From assembly GCA_965178125.1 (NCBI GenBank), contig OZ237769.1:124001-188000 (forward strand): a DNA stretch of 64,000 nt. The letters run 5' to 3'. Position numbers and translations under genes: made by a program. Positions within the stretch are counted from its first letter, which is position 1. Each line of letters starts with the position of its first letter. The notes beneath the pieces are model-generated. The model saw nothing but the letters and a program-made list of their open reading frames with translations, was not told the DNA's origin and did not search any database. Shown here one piece after another: positions 12,977 to 24,080 of the stretch. Origin of the DNA: Bilabrum cf. latius. Taxonomy: Eukaryota.

Positions 12977-14179
12977 TCAGCTCACCCACTCGCTGGATAC
13001 CCTCGCGAAGAAAATCCCCTCCGAAAAATGCTCCTTGCCGCCCTCGAACACGACGGCGAAGTGTGACGAGTTCAGCGCGGCAGCGTCGCTGTACCCAGCG
13101 GCAGCCGCCCACAGATTCTTCGGTTCCGCCCAGTGCGCGGCGCCGTCCTGGGACGCATACACGCCTAGCTGCGCTCTGGCGTCTGGATTGGTGGGCCCCG
13201 TGTAGAGCAACGGAGCGCCAGCAGCAGTGCTGGCCCGGGCCAGGCCCCCAACGATGCCCGTCCAGTTGTGCGTGATGGGCGACGGGATCGTGCTTTCGAT
13301 TCCGAATCGGGACACGGACTCCCCCCCGTCGGTGGACAGTGCCCAGGCGCGGTGCCCCTGCGTGGCGCCCATGTTCCGCTCGTTCAGGTAGATCTGAGGC
13401 GCGGCGCCGGCACGAGATCCTGCCACTGCTCCTGCTCCTGCGCGCCCGCACACCTGCGCGACACTCGCCTCGCGCGTGCCTTCCTGGCCCGTAGATACGG
13501 CTCCGAGTCGCCAGGTGGCCCCGTGGTCGTCCGAGAGCACCAGGCAGCTGAAACACCCGGGGCATTTGATGTCGCCACCGACCGCACTCATCACACCTCC
13601 CTTATTTCCCCCTTTCTTGCCGCTGCAGACGAACGGCATCACCAGGCGACCGTCGGATCCGGCCTGCTTCTCCCCCGCCCCTGCAGCCCCGTCACCGCCG
13701 CACATGGACCCGTCAATCTGGATGCCGTGCGCCACGCTCGGCTTGAAGCCGCTGTAGTCCGTCGGGATGCTCCAGGACGCCGGCTTGCTGAAGGTGCTAC
13801 CGCCATCCTTGGAACTGGAGAGGAGCACGGAGCCTCCCTCCTGGATGAACAGGAAAATCTCACCGGTGCTCGCATCGCGCACGGCGCCCAAGTAGTCGGG
13901 GTTTCCCGTCCACACCAGCTGCGTCTTGCCGAACGTCGAACCACCGTCCGTAGACTGCTTGTACAAAATATACTTGGGGTAGCCGTCCTTAGTACCCCAG
14001 CACAGCGTGTTGTTCCTGGCCTCCACGAACGCAATCACGGTTTGCTCAAAAGCCAGCAGCACCGGCTGGCGGTAACACGGGTACTCGACGCCCGCGGTCC
14101 AAATCTCCTTGATTTCAGGTACACTAGAAGCTGCAAAACCCGCCCCAATCAGGCCGAAGGCGAGCGCAACGGAAATCAT
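12977..14179 (-). CDS. Secreted BNR/Asp-box exo-alpha-sialidase-like protein (GH33 family)
   Basis: Signal-peptide-like MISVALAFGLIGAGFAA, YRQP (RIP-like motif), Asp boxes STDGGSTF, SKDGGSTF, SDDHGATW, STDGGESV, SQDGAAHW, C-terminal AGYS..VVFEGG; TGA stop; no internal TAG. Confidence 0.85.
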   Translation of the reverse strand: MISVALAFGLIGAGFAASSVPEIKEIWTAGVEYPCYRQPVLLAFEQTVIAFVEARNNTLCWGTKDGYPKYILYKQSTDGGSTFGKTQLVWTGNPDYLGAVRDASTGEIFLFIQEGGSVLLSSSKDGGSTFSKPASWSIPTDYSGFKPSVAHGIQIDGSMCGGDGAAGAGEKQAGSDGRLVMPFVCSGKKGGNKGGVMSAVGGDIKCPGCFSCLVLSDDHGATWRLGAVSTGQEGTREASVAQVCGRAGAGAVAGSRAGAAPQIYLNERNMGATQGHRAWALSTDGGESVSRFGIESTIPSPITHNWTGIVGGLARASTAAGAPLLYTGPTNPDARAQLGVYASQDGAAHWAEPKNLWAAAAGYSDAAALNSSHFAVVFEGGKEHFSEGIFFARVSSEWVS

Positions 14180-14319
14180 GGCACAATTAATGTGACGCGC
14201 CAAGTGCAACTGGCGATCATGCTGGCGCCGCGCACGGGGTGGTTCCGCTGAGGCCGGCAGAGTTCGCAGACTGCAAAAATCATGTACCCCAATCCGTCTC
14301 ATCAATATTTACTCGGTTT

Positions 14320-17313
14320 TCAGCGATGCACGGTCACGTCCTCGAACAGGAACGGCAGCACGCTGAACCACACCCTGGCCGGCATCACCGAGCCGGGACC
14401 TGCTGCCCGCCTCGAGTTGCCGCCATCCACCGCCAGCTAGGACTAGTAGCACCCCCGCATTGCATCCCCGCTCGCCCCGACACCCCGCATCATCCCGTCT
14501 GCCTGGAGAGCCGCCACCAATTCGGCCGATTGCCCCGCCAGAGACTCCAGCACGCCCGCCCCTGCCCTTCTCGCCCTCGCCACTTGCAGCATAGACTACA
14601 GCACGGCCCGCTGCTTGCCCGCCAGTGCCTCGGTGCCTCCCGACGCTGACAGAACGGGCAGGTCAACGCCCCCAAGTTCGGCTTCCACCGCAGCAACACG
14701 CGCCTCCAGCGCCTCTGAGGCGGCCACAGCTGCAGCCGCGCCCTCCCGCAACGAATCAGGCAAGGTGTCCACTGCAGATATCCTCTGCTTGCTCTATGCA
14801 TCCCGTGTCCCTGTCATATATGTACCATCCTTTCCTTTAGATGAGGCCTATGCTGTCGAGTCTTGGGCTGCAGCACCACCAACCGCTCCCGCTCCAAACC
14901 CGGGCACAGGTGCCGCCCTCGATCTCGATCCCCCAGCGGAGGAGGAGCCGTCCGTGCCAGCCCCATCGACCGCACCGCAGGGGTCAGCACCTCTGCTACT
15001 CCCACTCCCGCACCCATCGTCCGCTGTATTCGACATGCTGCCTACCTGCAGATACGGGCGCACGGCCAGCACGGCCAGCAGCACGGATCGGCCCCTCTGT
15101 GTCATGCGAGGCAGCACGGCAGCTCCACCGAACAGGGACACACGAGACACCGTCACCACCGGGGGGACAAACGGTGCCATCTGAAACCTATCGTGGGAAG
15201 CGTTCTAACTCGCAGCATGCAGTAGCGTGCTGGACGCTGGGTGCAGGTAGTTCAGCGCCAGCAGCTCGTCAAGCAGTCTAGGGCACCGCATGTGCGGCCT
15301 GCAAGCTTCCACGAACACTGTGCGCGCCATGTCCTCCACGGCCTGCACGCGCGCCTGGGTCACCGCGGGGTAGTCGAATTCGTCTCCTGGCGGCACGCAG
15401 TGCGCCCGCGCAATGGCATCCACTGGCATCATCATCCTGGCGCAGCTTGCAGTAGCCCCGTCCGTGGTACCTGCCTCGCCCACTGAGCGTCCCAGCAGCC
15501 GCCGATGCATCCAGTCGCTGAGAACTCGAGCTGCGCGCGCGTTGAGTCGCTTCTCCTCGATGCTTTGACTGCCCACGAGCAGCCTTGCGCATGCACTTGC
15601 AGCCCAGTCCACCTCTTTAGGCCCCCCCGCTGCGCCGCCCCCGTTCATGGCAGCGATAAGGTCCCCGAAACTCGCGTCTCTTCCCCCGGCTGGTTGCCCC
15701 ACCAGACCCCTCCCACTGTGGTCCATGCAGTTGAGAACAATTGGAGTGAGCTGCACAGGGGCCAGCACGGTCTTGGAGCCCATAGGCGGCCGCACTGGTG
15801 CCATGCCGCGCCATGCAGGTACCACAGTAGGCACCCATACTGTGGGCCTTACCCTATACCTCGAGTCGCAGGGAAAAGTGAAGGGGTCACCGCGGGCTCG
15901 CCTTTCTCCCGTGCCGACATCATCCGCTTCGAATGCAGTGTGCTCTCTCCGCATGCCGGGCGCGTGCCCAGCAGCCCCAGCCACCTCCTCCTCCCGCTCC
16001 TCCTCCTCCAGCTGACGCACCCAGTTCCCCACGAAGGAATGCCCCAGCAGCCGTGGGCCTCCTGCCATGATCGCGGGCACCCACCCCTGCCCCGGACCTG
16101 CGTCCCAAGGCTCCAAAACCAGCCGATCCAGCGCGTCTCCAACGATTGCACTGCTTGCGGCACCAGACCCAGCCCCGCCGGACGCAGGGCCGGACCCCGC
16201 CGGGTCACCAACACCAGAAGTAGGTGCAGCAGCTGCCCCTGCCCCTGCATCGAGTTCTCCTTCCCCCTTGCGAGGCACCACCGTGGGTCCCTCCGTAGGG
16301 GTGTAATCAAACCATCGCGGGGCTGACTGCCGCGGGCCCGGGTGCACCTGCAGCGCCCTGCCCCCGGCCATCGAGGCGATGTCCTCGTCGGAGCGAGCGA
16401 ACGGGGCGATGCAGAAGTCGCTAAACACCGACCCTTCCGCATTGCAAATATAGTATTGCATCGCATAAATCGGATGGTCATGCGCATGGAATGGCCCAAC
16501 CGCGTCCTGAGCGGCTGCCAACGACTCGAGCAGCTGCTTGCCGCTGGCAAGCTCTGCGATTTCGCCTAGGACGGCTAGCGGTATCCGACCTTCTTGTTCG
16601 ACACCAACTGCAACTGCATTATTCAGATCGACATAAATAGGGGCCCCGGAAAGTAGCTTTAGAATGGCAGATTTCGTCTGTGTTTCGCCGCATTTGCCGT
16701 CCAAAAAGACTCGCCTCACTCGCACGAGGACTAGGCAAAACTTCAAGCCGACCCTTTTCGCCGTTTCCAGCGATATTCGATGATATGGCATCGTCGTAGA
16801 GTCGCCGCAGCTGCCTTCACTAGGGCCTTGTGCCTGCTCACCCATCCACTGGTGGGCTACCATTGAGTTCAACCTCGCCTCCGCTGCCGCTTCCCACCCA
16901 GGCCGGACCGCGACCGCAGCAACAAAGGCTTCGTGGGAGAACGCTAAGTGGCGCCAATCCTGTGCCTGTGTACCGCCTTCGAGATCCCAAGAACCCATGT
17001 GTGCGTCATCAGCCCAGAATCCGAAGTACGGCGCTCGACCCACACGACCAACGATCAGAGCGTGAAGCCCGGTGCGCACGCCAAGGCCAGCCGTCTAGCC
17101 AGCGATAGCAATATCACCATTGTAGTATGTCGCATGGCTGGCGTTGATCCATGTCGAAAGCGTCCAAGACGGAGATAGAGGGCAAGCTGAACCCGCTACG
17201 CATCGATCCCGGCCCTCCCATCCTAGGCCAAGATCACGGGCGCTGCCCATGGTTGGAGGCGGACCGTCGTTTCGATAATAAACGAATGGTTCCAGTACCC
17301 TCCGTTGCTGCAT
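14320..17313 (-). CDS. Hypothetical protein, ~1,000 aa with TAG read as sense
   Basis: ORFs 17095..17478, 15205..17079 and 14848..15180 are co-frame and joined across TAG; first TGA at 14320-14322; ATG 17313 chosen (17478 is an alternative); no family recognised. Confidence 0.65.
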
Positions 17314-17481
17314 GTTGCTAGGCCTCAAATTTGCAGGTCTATGCTGTTCTTGGCGCCGCGCACTACTAGGTTCCGGCACGGCCGCAGAACACAAAACGAG
17401 GGGCGTAGGTTTTCGAGAGTAAGAGGGATGGACAGGAGAGTTGATATTCTTCAATTGGTCTTTCCAACGGCAGTGCATCGC

Positions 17482-20400
17482 TCACTGCCCCGGCAGCTTG
17501 GCGAATGCCGCCCCCCTGGCCCTGGCCGCCTTCACGAGCGTGCTGGCCGCCAGATTGCCCTCCCTCGCCCGCTTGGCCGCCTCCTGCTGCTGCACCACGG
17601 CTCGTAACCTCTTGGCCCTGGCCTTGTGCCCCGGCTGCCTCCCCTGCATCTGATAGGACTGGTCCCTGTACGCCTCTTTCTAAGTCTAAGGCCGCCCGAA
17701 CTCGTCCGTGTACTCCAGCTTGATCTGGGGAACAACGCCCTCGTGCCAGTCGCGCTTGCTGTCCGTGGAACGACCCGCCAGCGGCTGCCCGCCCCCCCCT
17801 CCGCGCTGCCCAAGCTTGCTGCCCTGCTGCGCGAACATGGCGAGGGCAGCCGCGGCGCCGCTGAGGACGGTCGGTTCCGCAGCGGTGGGAGCCACATCGG
17901 CTGATTCGCTGGCGGTTGCAACCGTGTCCCGACCGCTGCCCCCCCCTTGTTCCCTAGGCACCTGCACGATGCCCTCCTCCTCGTCCATGTGCACCTGCAC
18001 CTGCACTCCGGCTGAGCTGCCTCCCGTGGGGTCGCCCGGTCGGCGCCCAGAGGAAGCTGAAGATGAAGATGAAGAGGAATGCGCACCCGTTGGACCTGCC
18101 TCTCCTGCCCTGAGCTTGGACGTGTACACGCCAGCCGATGTGAGAGTCATGCCCCCTGCCTTCTTCTTGCTGGAGGAGGAGGATGACGAGGATGCAGCTC
18201 CGAGCAGAGCACCTCTGGTCCTCACCTTCCCCCTCCTGCCCCTGCCCATGGATGTAACACCCTTATCCATATTACCCTCGAATTCTTCCTCGCCCTCGCC
18301 CTCAAGATCCCTCCTCCTCCTCTGCTCGGCCTGCCGCAGTGCCGCAGCGATCTTCACAGCCGCCGAGTCCCCATCTCCATCCTCCTCGTTGTTCCCTGTC
18401 TCACTGTCCAAGCCCCCACCATCGTCAGCCTCCATTGCCTACTGCCCTACGGAGCTGCTAGAACCCCGCACTGCCCCTGCCCCTGCCCCTGCCCCTGTCG
18501 CCCTGGCTGCTTGCGCTGCTCGCTTCACGCCTGCCTGCAGGACAGCCATGACGCCACCATCCTCGTCTTCATCTTCGTCTTCATCCTGGCCATCGCCATC
18601 ACCTGCCCGGTACAGGAAAACCTATGTCCCCAGACGCCCCCTACCCTTGCCCGATACCACCTCGCCCCCCATCCCAATGCCCCTTGCCCGGCCCTTGCCC
18701 TTGCCCTTGCCCTTGCCTAACCGGCCGTACCTTCGCTGGCCGCTTGCGTTCATGCGAGCCGCTTCCAGAGCCGACTATCGCGCTACATCCCCCTGCGACG
18801 CGGCCCCTCCTTCACTCTCACCCCCTTGTTCCTTCAGCGCAGCACCCGCGCGCCGGGCCCGCCCCACGTCCTGCCACGTCACGTCGCCAGCAGCCCCCCC
18901 AACCCTCTCGCCAGGCACACCGGACTCTCCCGCGCCACCATGCGATGCACCCTCCTCACCGCCTAGCCCCGCCCCCGCCCTCGCTGAGGTCTCCGCCACG
19001 GCCCCATCGAACGCCGCCCTCCTCCTCATCCTCTCTGCCCTGTCCCCCGCAGCTGCCTTGGCCCTTGCAGAGCTGCCTGCCGCGTCTCGCCGCACGGGGC
19101 CTGCGGGCGCATCACCGTCATTGGCACGGCCGCGCTGTGATACTGCGGCCGACGGACCGTCTAGTTCTTGCAAAATAGCTGCCCTGGCCTGTGCCGCATC
19201 TCCCGCAGCACCGTGCGCGCCATGAACAACAAGGCCCTGACTCGTACCCTAGCTCTCGTCCTCGTCCTCCTCATCCTGCATGTCGGCCATGTCCCCTCTG
19301 CTGCGGCCGTGCTTGCGCTTGCCCTTGCTCTTGCTTTTCTTCTCCTTCTTGAGCTTCTTATTTTTCTTCTTCTTCTTTCCATCTTTCCTTTGCCTCCGAT
19401 CTTCCTCCTCCTCCAGCTCCTACGCACGCGCCTCCTCCGCTGTCAGGAAGTCCACCGCGCGACCGCTCCTGATGCCCGCCCCGTCCCCCTCGCCGCTCGC
19501 ATCTACTCTTCTCCTCTTCCCCACCGCCAACCCTTCGCTGTCTGATTCCGATTCCGATTCCGATTCCGATTCCGACCCGTCCTCTGCCCTCTCGAGCGTG
19601 CCATCGGCCCGCAGCACCATCCCATTGCCCTTGCCCTTGCCCTTGCCCATGCCAGCCCGTTCCCTCTTCCTGCCCCCCTTCATGCTAAGAGCGTCCATGT
19701 CCTCCTCGTAATCGTCGTAGTGCTGCAGCACCCCGCCCCTCCTCTTCCTACCCCGCTTCCCGCCGAGGAGCAGCCCCTCCTCCTCCCCGTCCCCTAGGCC
19801 GCCCCTGTACACCGGCAGCTTGGCTTGCTCTCGGCGGCGGGCGGCCTCCCGGCCCCGCGCGTCAGACGCCAGGCCAACGTTCTCGAGGACCTCCGTGGCG
19901 CCGCCCGCACTCGTCACACCGCCCTCCCGATCGTCCAGCAGCCGGCCCCGGTCGTCGAGCATGGGCCGCTCCTGGAGAGTGAGCACCATCGTGCTGCCCG
20001 CTGCAAGCGAGTCGGTGTCGTGTGACACGCGCATGTCTGCTCCTCCAGATTCGTGCGCGCGAGTGGATGCGCCCGATACTTTCGTGCCGCCTGCGGCGCT
20101 GTCGCTGGCACCGGTGGCAGCCTCCTTAGCTTGGGCCTTTCGGCCTCGGACTCGCATCGCCCACTCTGCAGCCGATTTTGTATTCAAGTTGGAGCTCGCA
20201 GCCAGCTGTTCGCCGAGCGAACCGCCAGCTTTGGCTGCGCGTACCCTCTCGCGGACTGCGCGCTTCTCCCTGGCTTGATCAAGCCTTCGCTTTGCTTCGG
20301 CTTCCCGCTCTTCTTTGCCTGCATCCACTTGAATTGGAGCCCTGGATGATCCTTCTCTGCTCGAATAGGCGCTGCGATCCTTCGTATCGGACGGAGGTCC

Positions 20401-20661
20401 GCCAACTTTGCCAACGTTTAGCGGTTTGAGCCCCAGCCTTGCCCTGAGATCATTTGTATCGTCGACAGACATAGAGACCTCATTGTTCGAAGTACTGATC
20501 TTCGGGGCGATCATTTCGCCTCCTGGCTTCGGAGCTTTACCAGGCGCTGACATTCGCAGTGGCTTTAGGCCTAGCCGGGCTCGCAACTTGTTCGTCTCCT
20601 CCACCGATAGCTCTATCTCGCCCGCGCCATTGGTCTTCGTGGGAACATCCACGGACTGCAT
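17482..20661 (-). CDS. SART1: U4/U6.U5 tri-snRNP-associated protein SART1/Snu66, ~1,060 aa
   Basis: Two HIND-type motifs (LSVEETNKLRARLGLKPL, MSVDDTNDLRARLGLKPL), MVLTLQERPMLD, LENV, VLQHYDD, and C-terminal IKLEYTDEFGRP*T*KEAYRDQSYQMQGRQPG where * = TAG; TGA at 17482. Confidence 0.9.
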
Positions 20662-20905
20662 GTATGGTAGTTGGTAAACGTCGTAGAGATGATCTAGAGG
20701 TGAGGTGAATTTAGGGTGCCTGCCATCATCACACCATGCGATCGAGCGCAGAAGTCGCAAACAAGAAAATAACGCATGCCAGATAAGACAGAAGTACAAC
20801 TACGACACCTCCTTGCGCTCCCGCCGCGGCGAAGAGATAGCAACTGAGACGCCGCAAGCGCCTGTCCACAAGCACCACCTGCTCCCCTCCCGCTGCTCTG
20901 CCCCC

Positions 20906-22297
20906 TCAGCGCCCAGCGGGAGCCTTCGAACCACCGCCGCCTGCCTTTACCCCAAGCAGCGAACGAGACAGGGCAGCGGCGCAGATGAGACCGAAGGCAA
21001 CTCCCACTGCCACCAGCCCGGCCCTCCCGCCGCCCGAGGCACCAGCGGACGACGGCTCCTCCCTCCCCTTCTTTGCCCCTTGTTTGGCCTGGTTTTCAGG
21101 GACCGCTGCCGCCTCCAGCAGCGCCCTGAGCACCTCCTCGTTCTCCTCCGTGCGACCAACCGTGACCCGGAGGCAGTTCCCGCAGTGCAGCTCGTGCGAC
21201 CTGTCGCGCACCACCACGCCCCTTGCTGCCATCCAGAGGTACATGGCCCGCGCCACCACCTCGGGGGCCATCTCCACGAGCAGGAAATTGCTGTCGGAGG
21301 GGTACACGCGGGACACGCACGGAAGGGCCTGCAGGCCCCGGGCCAGCTGCGACCGGCAATCGAGCAGCTGCTCCGTGCTCGCCTCCATCTCGGACCGCCG
21401 CTTGAGCGCGTCGGTCGCCACGCGCGCCGTCAGCTTGTTCACGTTGTAGGGCGCCTTGAGCTTGTTCAGCAGAGCTGCAACGGAGGGGTGCGCGATGGCT
21501 GCCCCGCACCTGATCCCCGCCAGCCCCCACGCCTTGCTGAGGGTCTGCATGACCACGATGCGGGGACACTGCGAGATCAGCCCGGCCGCCGACGCGCTGG
21601 ATCCGGAGCCTTTCATCTTCCTCTCCTGCTGCGCGACTGCGAAATCGACGTACGCTTCGTCCACCACTGTGATGCCTTTGAATGCCTGGGCCACCTGCAG
21701 CACCTGCTCCAGGTCGAGTGACCGGCCCGTCGGGTTGCCGGGCGAGCACAGGAACATGAGCTTGGTCCGGGGCGTGACCGCGGAGAGGATCGCCTCTGGG
21801 CGCAGCTGGAACGTCTCTGCAGTGAGCGGCACGTTTCTTACGGCCACATCGTTGGATGCAGCGGAGACCTTGTACATGCCGTACGTGGGGGGGCACTGCA
21901 GGATCTCGTCCTTGCCGGGAGTGCAAAACACGCGGATCAAGAGGTCGATCGCTTCGTCCGAGCCTACTCCAACGAAGAAGTTATCTGGTGTGAGACCATG
22001 GCCGCGCATGCCTGCCCACAGCTCCTTCACTTCCAGAGCACGAGGGTCGGGATACCGCTCCAACCCCATTCTCACCGCCTCCTTTGAGATTCCCTCTGGG
22101 CTTGAAATCTCGGCGCCCCCAGCCCCCGAGCTCGGCGCTAGAGGTGGGCCTCGAGTGTTCTCATTTGCGTCAAGAAGGACCCCTTCGTTGTAGTCGTCGC
22201 GCGCGCACCTGTACGCAACCAGCTTCTGCACATTAGGCCTTGCGAGATGCGTCAGGTCCACTGAGGGTCCGCCTGCTGACTTGCTAGCCTGTGCCAT
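20906..22297 (-). CDS. hisC: Histidinol-phosphate aminotransferase (PLP-dependent)
   Basis: LLDANEN, ERYPDP, GVGSDEAIDLLIR, PPTYGMY, LCSPGNPTG, VVDEAYVDF, TLSKAWGLAGIRCG, SDSNFLL, LRVTVG motifs; TGA stop. Confidence 0.95.
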   Translation of the reverse strand: MAQASKSAGGPSVDLTHLARPNVQKLVAYRCARDDYNEGVLLDANENTRGPPLAPSSGAGGAEISSPEGISKEAVRMGLERYPDPRALEVKELWAGMRGHGLTPDNFFVGVGSDEAIDLLIRVFCTPGKDEILQCPPTYGMYKVSAASNDVAVRNVPLTAETFQLRPEAILSAVTPRTKLMFLCSPGNPTGRSLDLEQVLQVAQAFKGITVVDEAYVDFAVAQQERKMKGSGSSASAAGLISQCPRIVVMQTLSKAWGLAGIRCGAAIAHPSVAALLNKLKAPYNVNKLTARVATDALKRRSEMEASTEQLLDCRSQLARGLQALPCVSRVYPSDSNFLLVEMAPEVVARAMYLWMAARGVVVRDRSHELHCGNCLRVTVGRTEENEEVLRALLEAAAVPENQAKQGAKKGREEPSSAGASGGGRAGLVAVGVAFGLICAAALSRSLLGVKAGGGGSKAPAGR

Positions 22298-22452
22298 GAA
22301 CACTTTTTAAATAGTTGCAATCGGAATGTGTGCTGTCCGTGCAATACGGCCCGCGATATTACTGAAGTGTAAATTCTGGAGACGCCGTCACTGTTGGCGT
22401 GTGATGAGCTCCGAAGTGCAAGTGCATTTTTGTCCCAAATTCTCACTATTCT

Positions 22453-23812
22453 ATGGGTCGCAATGCGTATGCTGAGCTTGGCATCAATCCCAATGCATCC
22501 AAGCGCGAGATAAAGCGAGCCTTTTTGGAATTGGCAAAGAAGTATCACCCCGATGCGTCCAAGGAAGCTGGTGCAGAGGACCGCTTCAAAGCAATCTCTG
22601 CAGCATACCAAACACTTTCAGATCCAACGTCCAAGTAGTTATTGGATGCCAAAATGCAGGCAGGGTCGTCAGTATACGGGCGGTAGCCTGTCAGTCCCGA
22701 TGCAGCAAAGTTCAGAGACGACTTTAGGGAGGCCATGCGTCGAGAGGTCCGAAGAGCGATGATGCAGCAGACCCAGGGCGCATCTAGTAGCAATGCTGGA
22801 GGTAGGTTTGGTGCCGCTTTCAACTCTCCAGAGTTCCATGCATGGCGGGAGCGGTATCAGTAGCAGCGAACCGCAGAGTGTGAGGCTATGCAGCGTATAA
22901 TATCCAGAGTTCTTTGGTTGGGGGGACAAAACCCATCATCACTACGTTGCCAGCTTGTTGTTTGATACCATCGCAGAGGCACGGCTGCATGCAGCCATCT
23001 AGTCAGCCAGAAGGGCGAGGCGAGCACAATTCTGGTGGGGCCTCGCCCTGGCCGGGTTCACTGCAACCGTGCTCGTTTCGGGACTGCGCCGAGCAGCTGC
23101 TCAGCGAGCCGAACGAAAAGCCGAGCACAGAGAAGCGGCCCGACACGCAGAACTGGTGATGCGACAAGAGGCGCGCATCAGAGCTAGCGAGGCGGCCGCG
23201 AGGATCCGAAGAAGCAGGGACAGGGACACGGCGGATGATATTGGCAGACATAGTGGCAGAGGCAGGGGCAGACACAAGGAACATGAGCCCAGGATGGAGC
23301 CCACTCAGTGGAATTACCGTGCCAGTGGCACTGCTCTTGGAGGCAGCGGGAACATGGTTGAAAGCAGCAGCAGCGAAGGCCAACGTGGGTCTGGAGGAGC
23401 CCCCGCCGATCTTGGCATCCGAGTGTTGGATATAGCACCAGCACCAGCGAAACCAGCGGAACCCTAGAGTTCCAGGTCCGAGGGGGCGGGCGCTGGGCAC
23501 AGTGCGCCCCAGCGAGCTGGAGACTCGGCACTCCGCACTGCTGGTGCTCGACATAGCCCGGGCGGGGCAGTAGCACCGAATTAGCCGCAGTCTCAACCGC
23601 AGCCGTGGGTCGTGCTGTGGCCTTGGGGCGCGCACCATAGTGACGGGAGTTTGCGCAAGGACGATCCCGCTGGTGGGGGACACGACGGGGGCCCCAGTGC
23701 CGGTGTTCCCACGGAGGAGGAGTCCTGTAGCGATGATGAGGCTGTATGTGCTGGAACTGAAACTACACCGGAGGCCCAGGCACCGGAGCTGTCGCGCGGT
23801 GGCAGGCAGTGA
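22453..23812 (+). CDS. DnaJ-domain protein with a TM segment and low-complexity tail; exons 22453..22879 and 22977..23812
   Basis: J-domain (AYAELGI..EIKRAFLELAKKYHPD..RFKAISAAYQTLSDP) continues through TAG 22636; the frame change is explained by a GT-AG intron; FWWGLALAGFTATVLVSGL hydrophobic segment; TGA 23810-23812. Confidence 0.8.
22880..22976 (+). other. Predicted 97-nt spliceosomal intron (phase 1)
   Basis: GTGAGG donor, ...ccatcgcAG acceptor, lower GC, contains an in-frame TGA for exon 1; removal restores the frame. Confidence 0.7.
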
Positions 23813-24080
23813 GCCACCCTTCTGCACCGCTGGGACGCTCAGCACAATGAGAATACAGAGATGCAGGCTGTGATAATGAACAGTGTAATTATTCCTAGAT
23901 CCGGGAGATACATTGCTATGGGCAGTTTTACTTTGTTCACTCATCACCTACTGGGCGTTGTTCCACCTGAATCGGCCAATCTTGAAGCGAGACTCCGGGT
24001 AGATTGCCACCTCGACCCTAGGCTACAAAGACTTACGACCTTCCATGAGCCCTTCTCGGGCCGGTGACCACTAAAGCGAG

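Noticed and set aside
20420-20620. Duplicated HIND motif in SART1
   Set aside because: Two HIND elements are already known in Snu66 proteins such as budding yeast Snu66; not novel.
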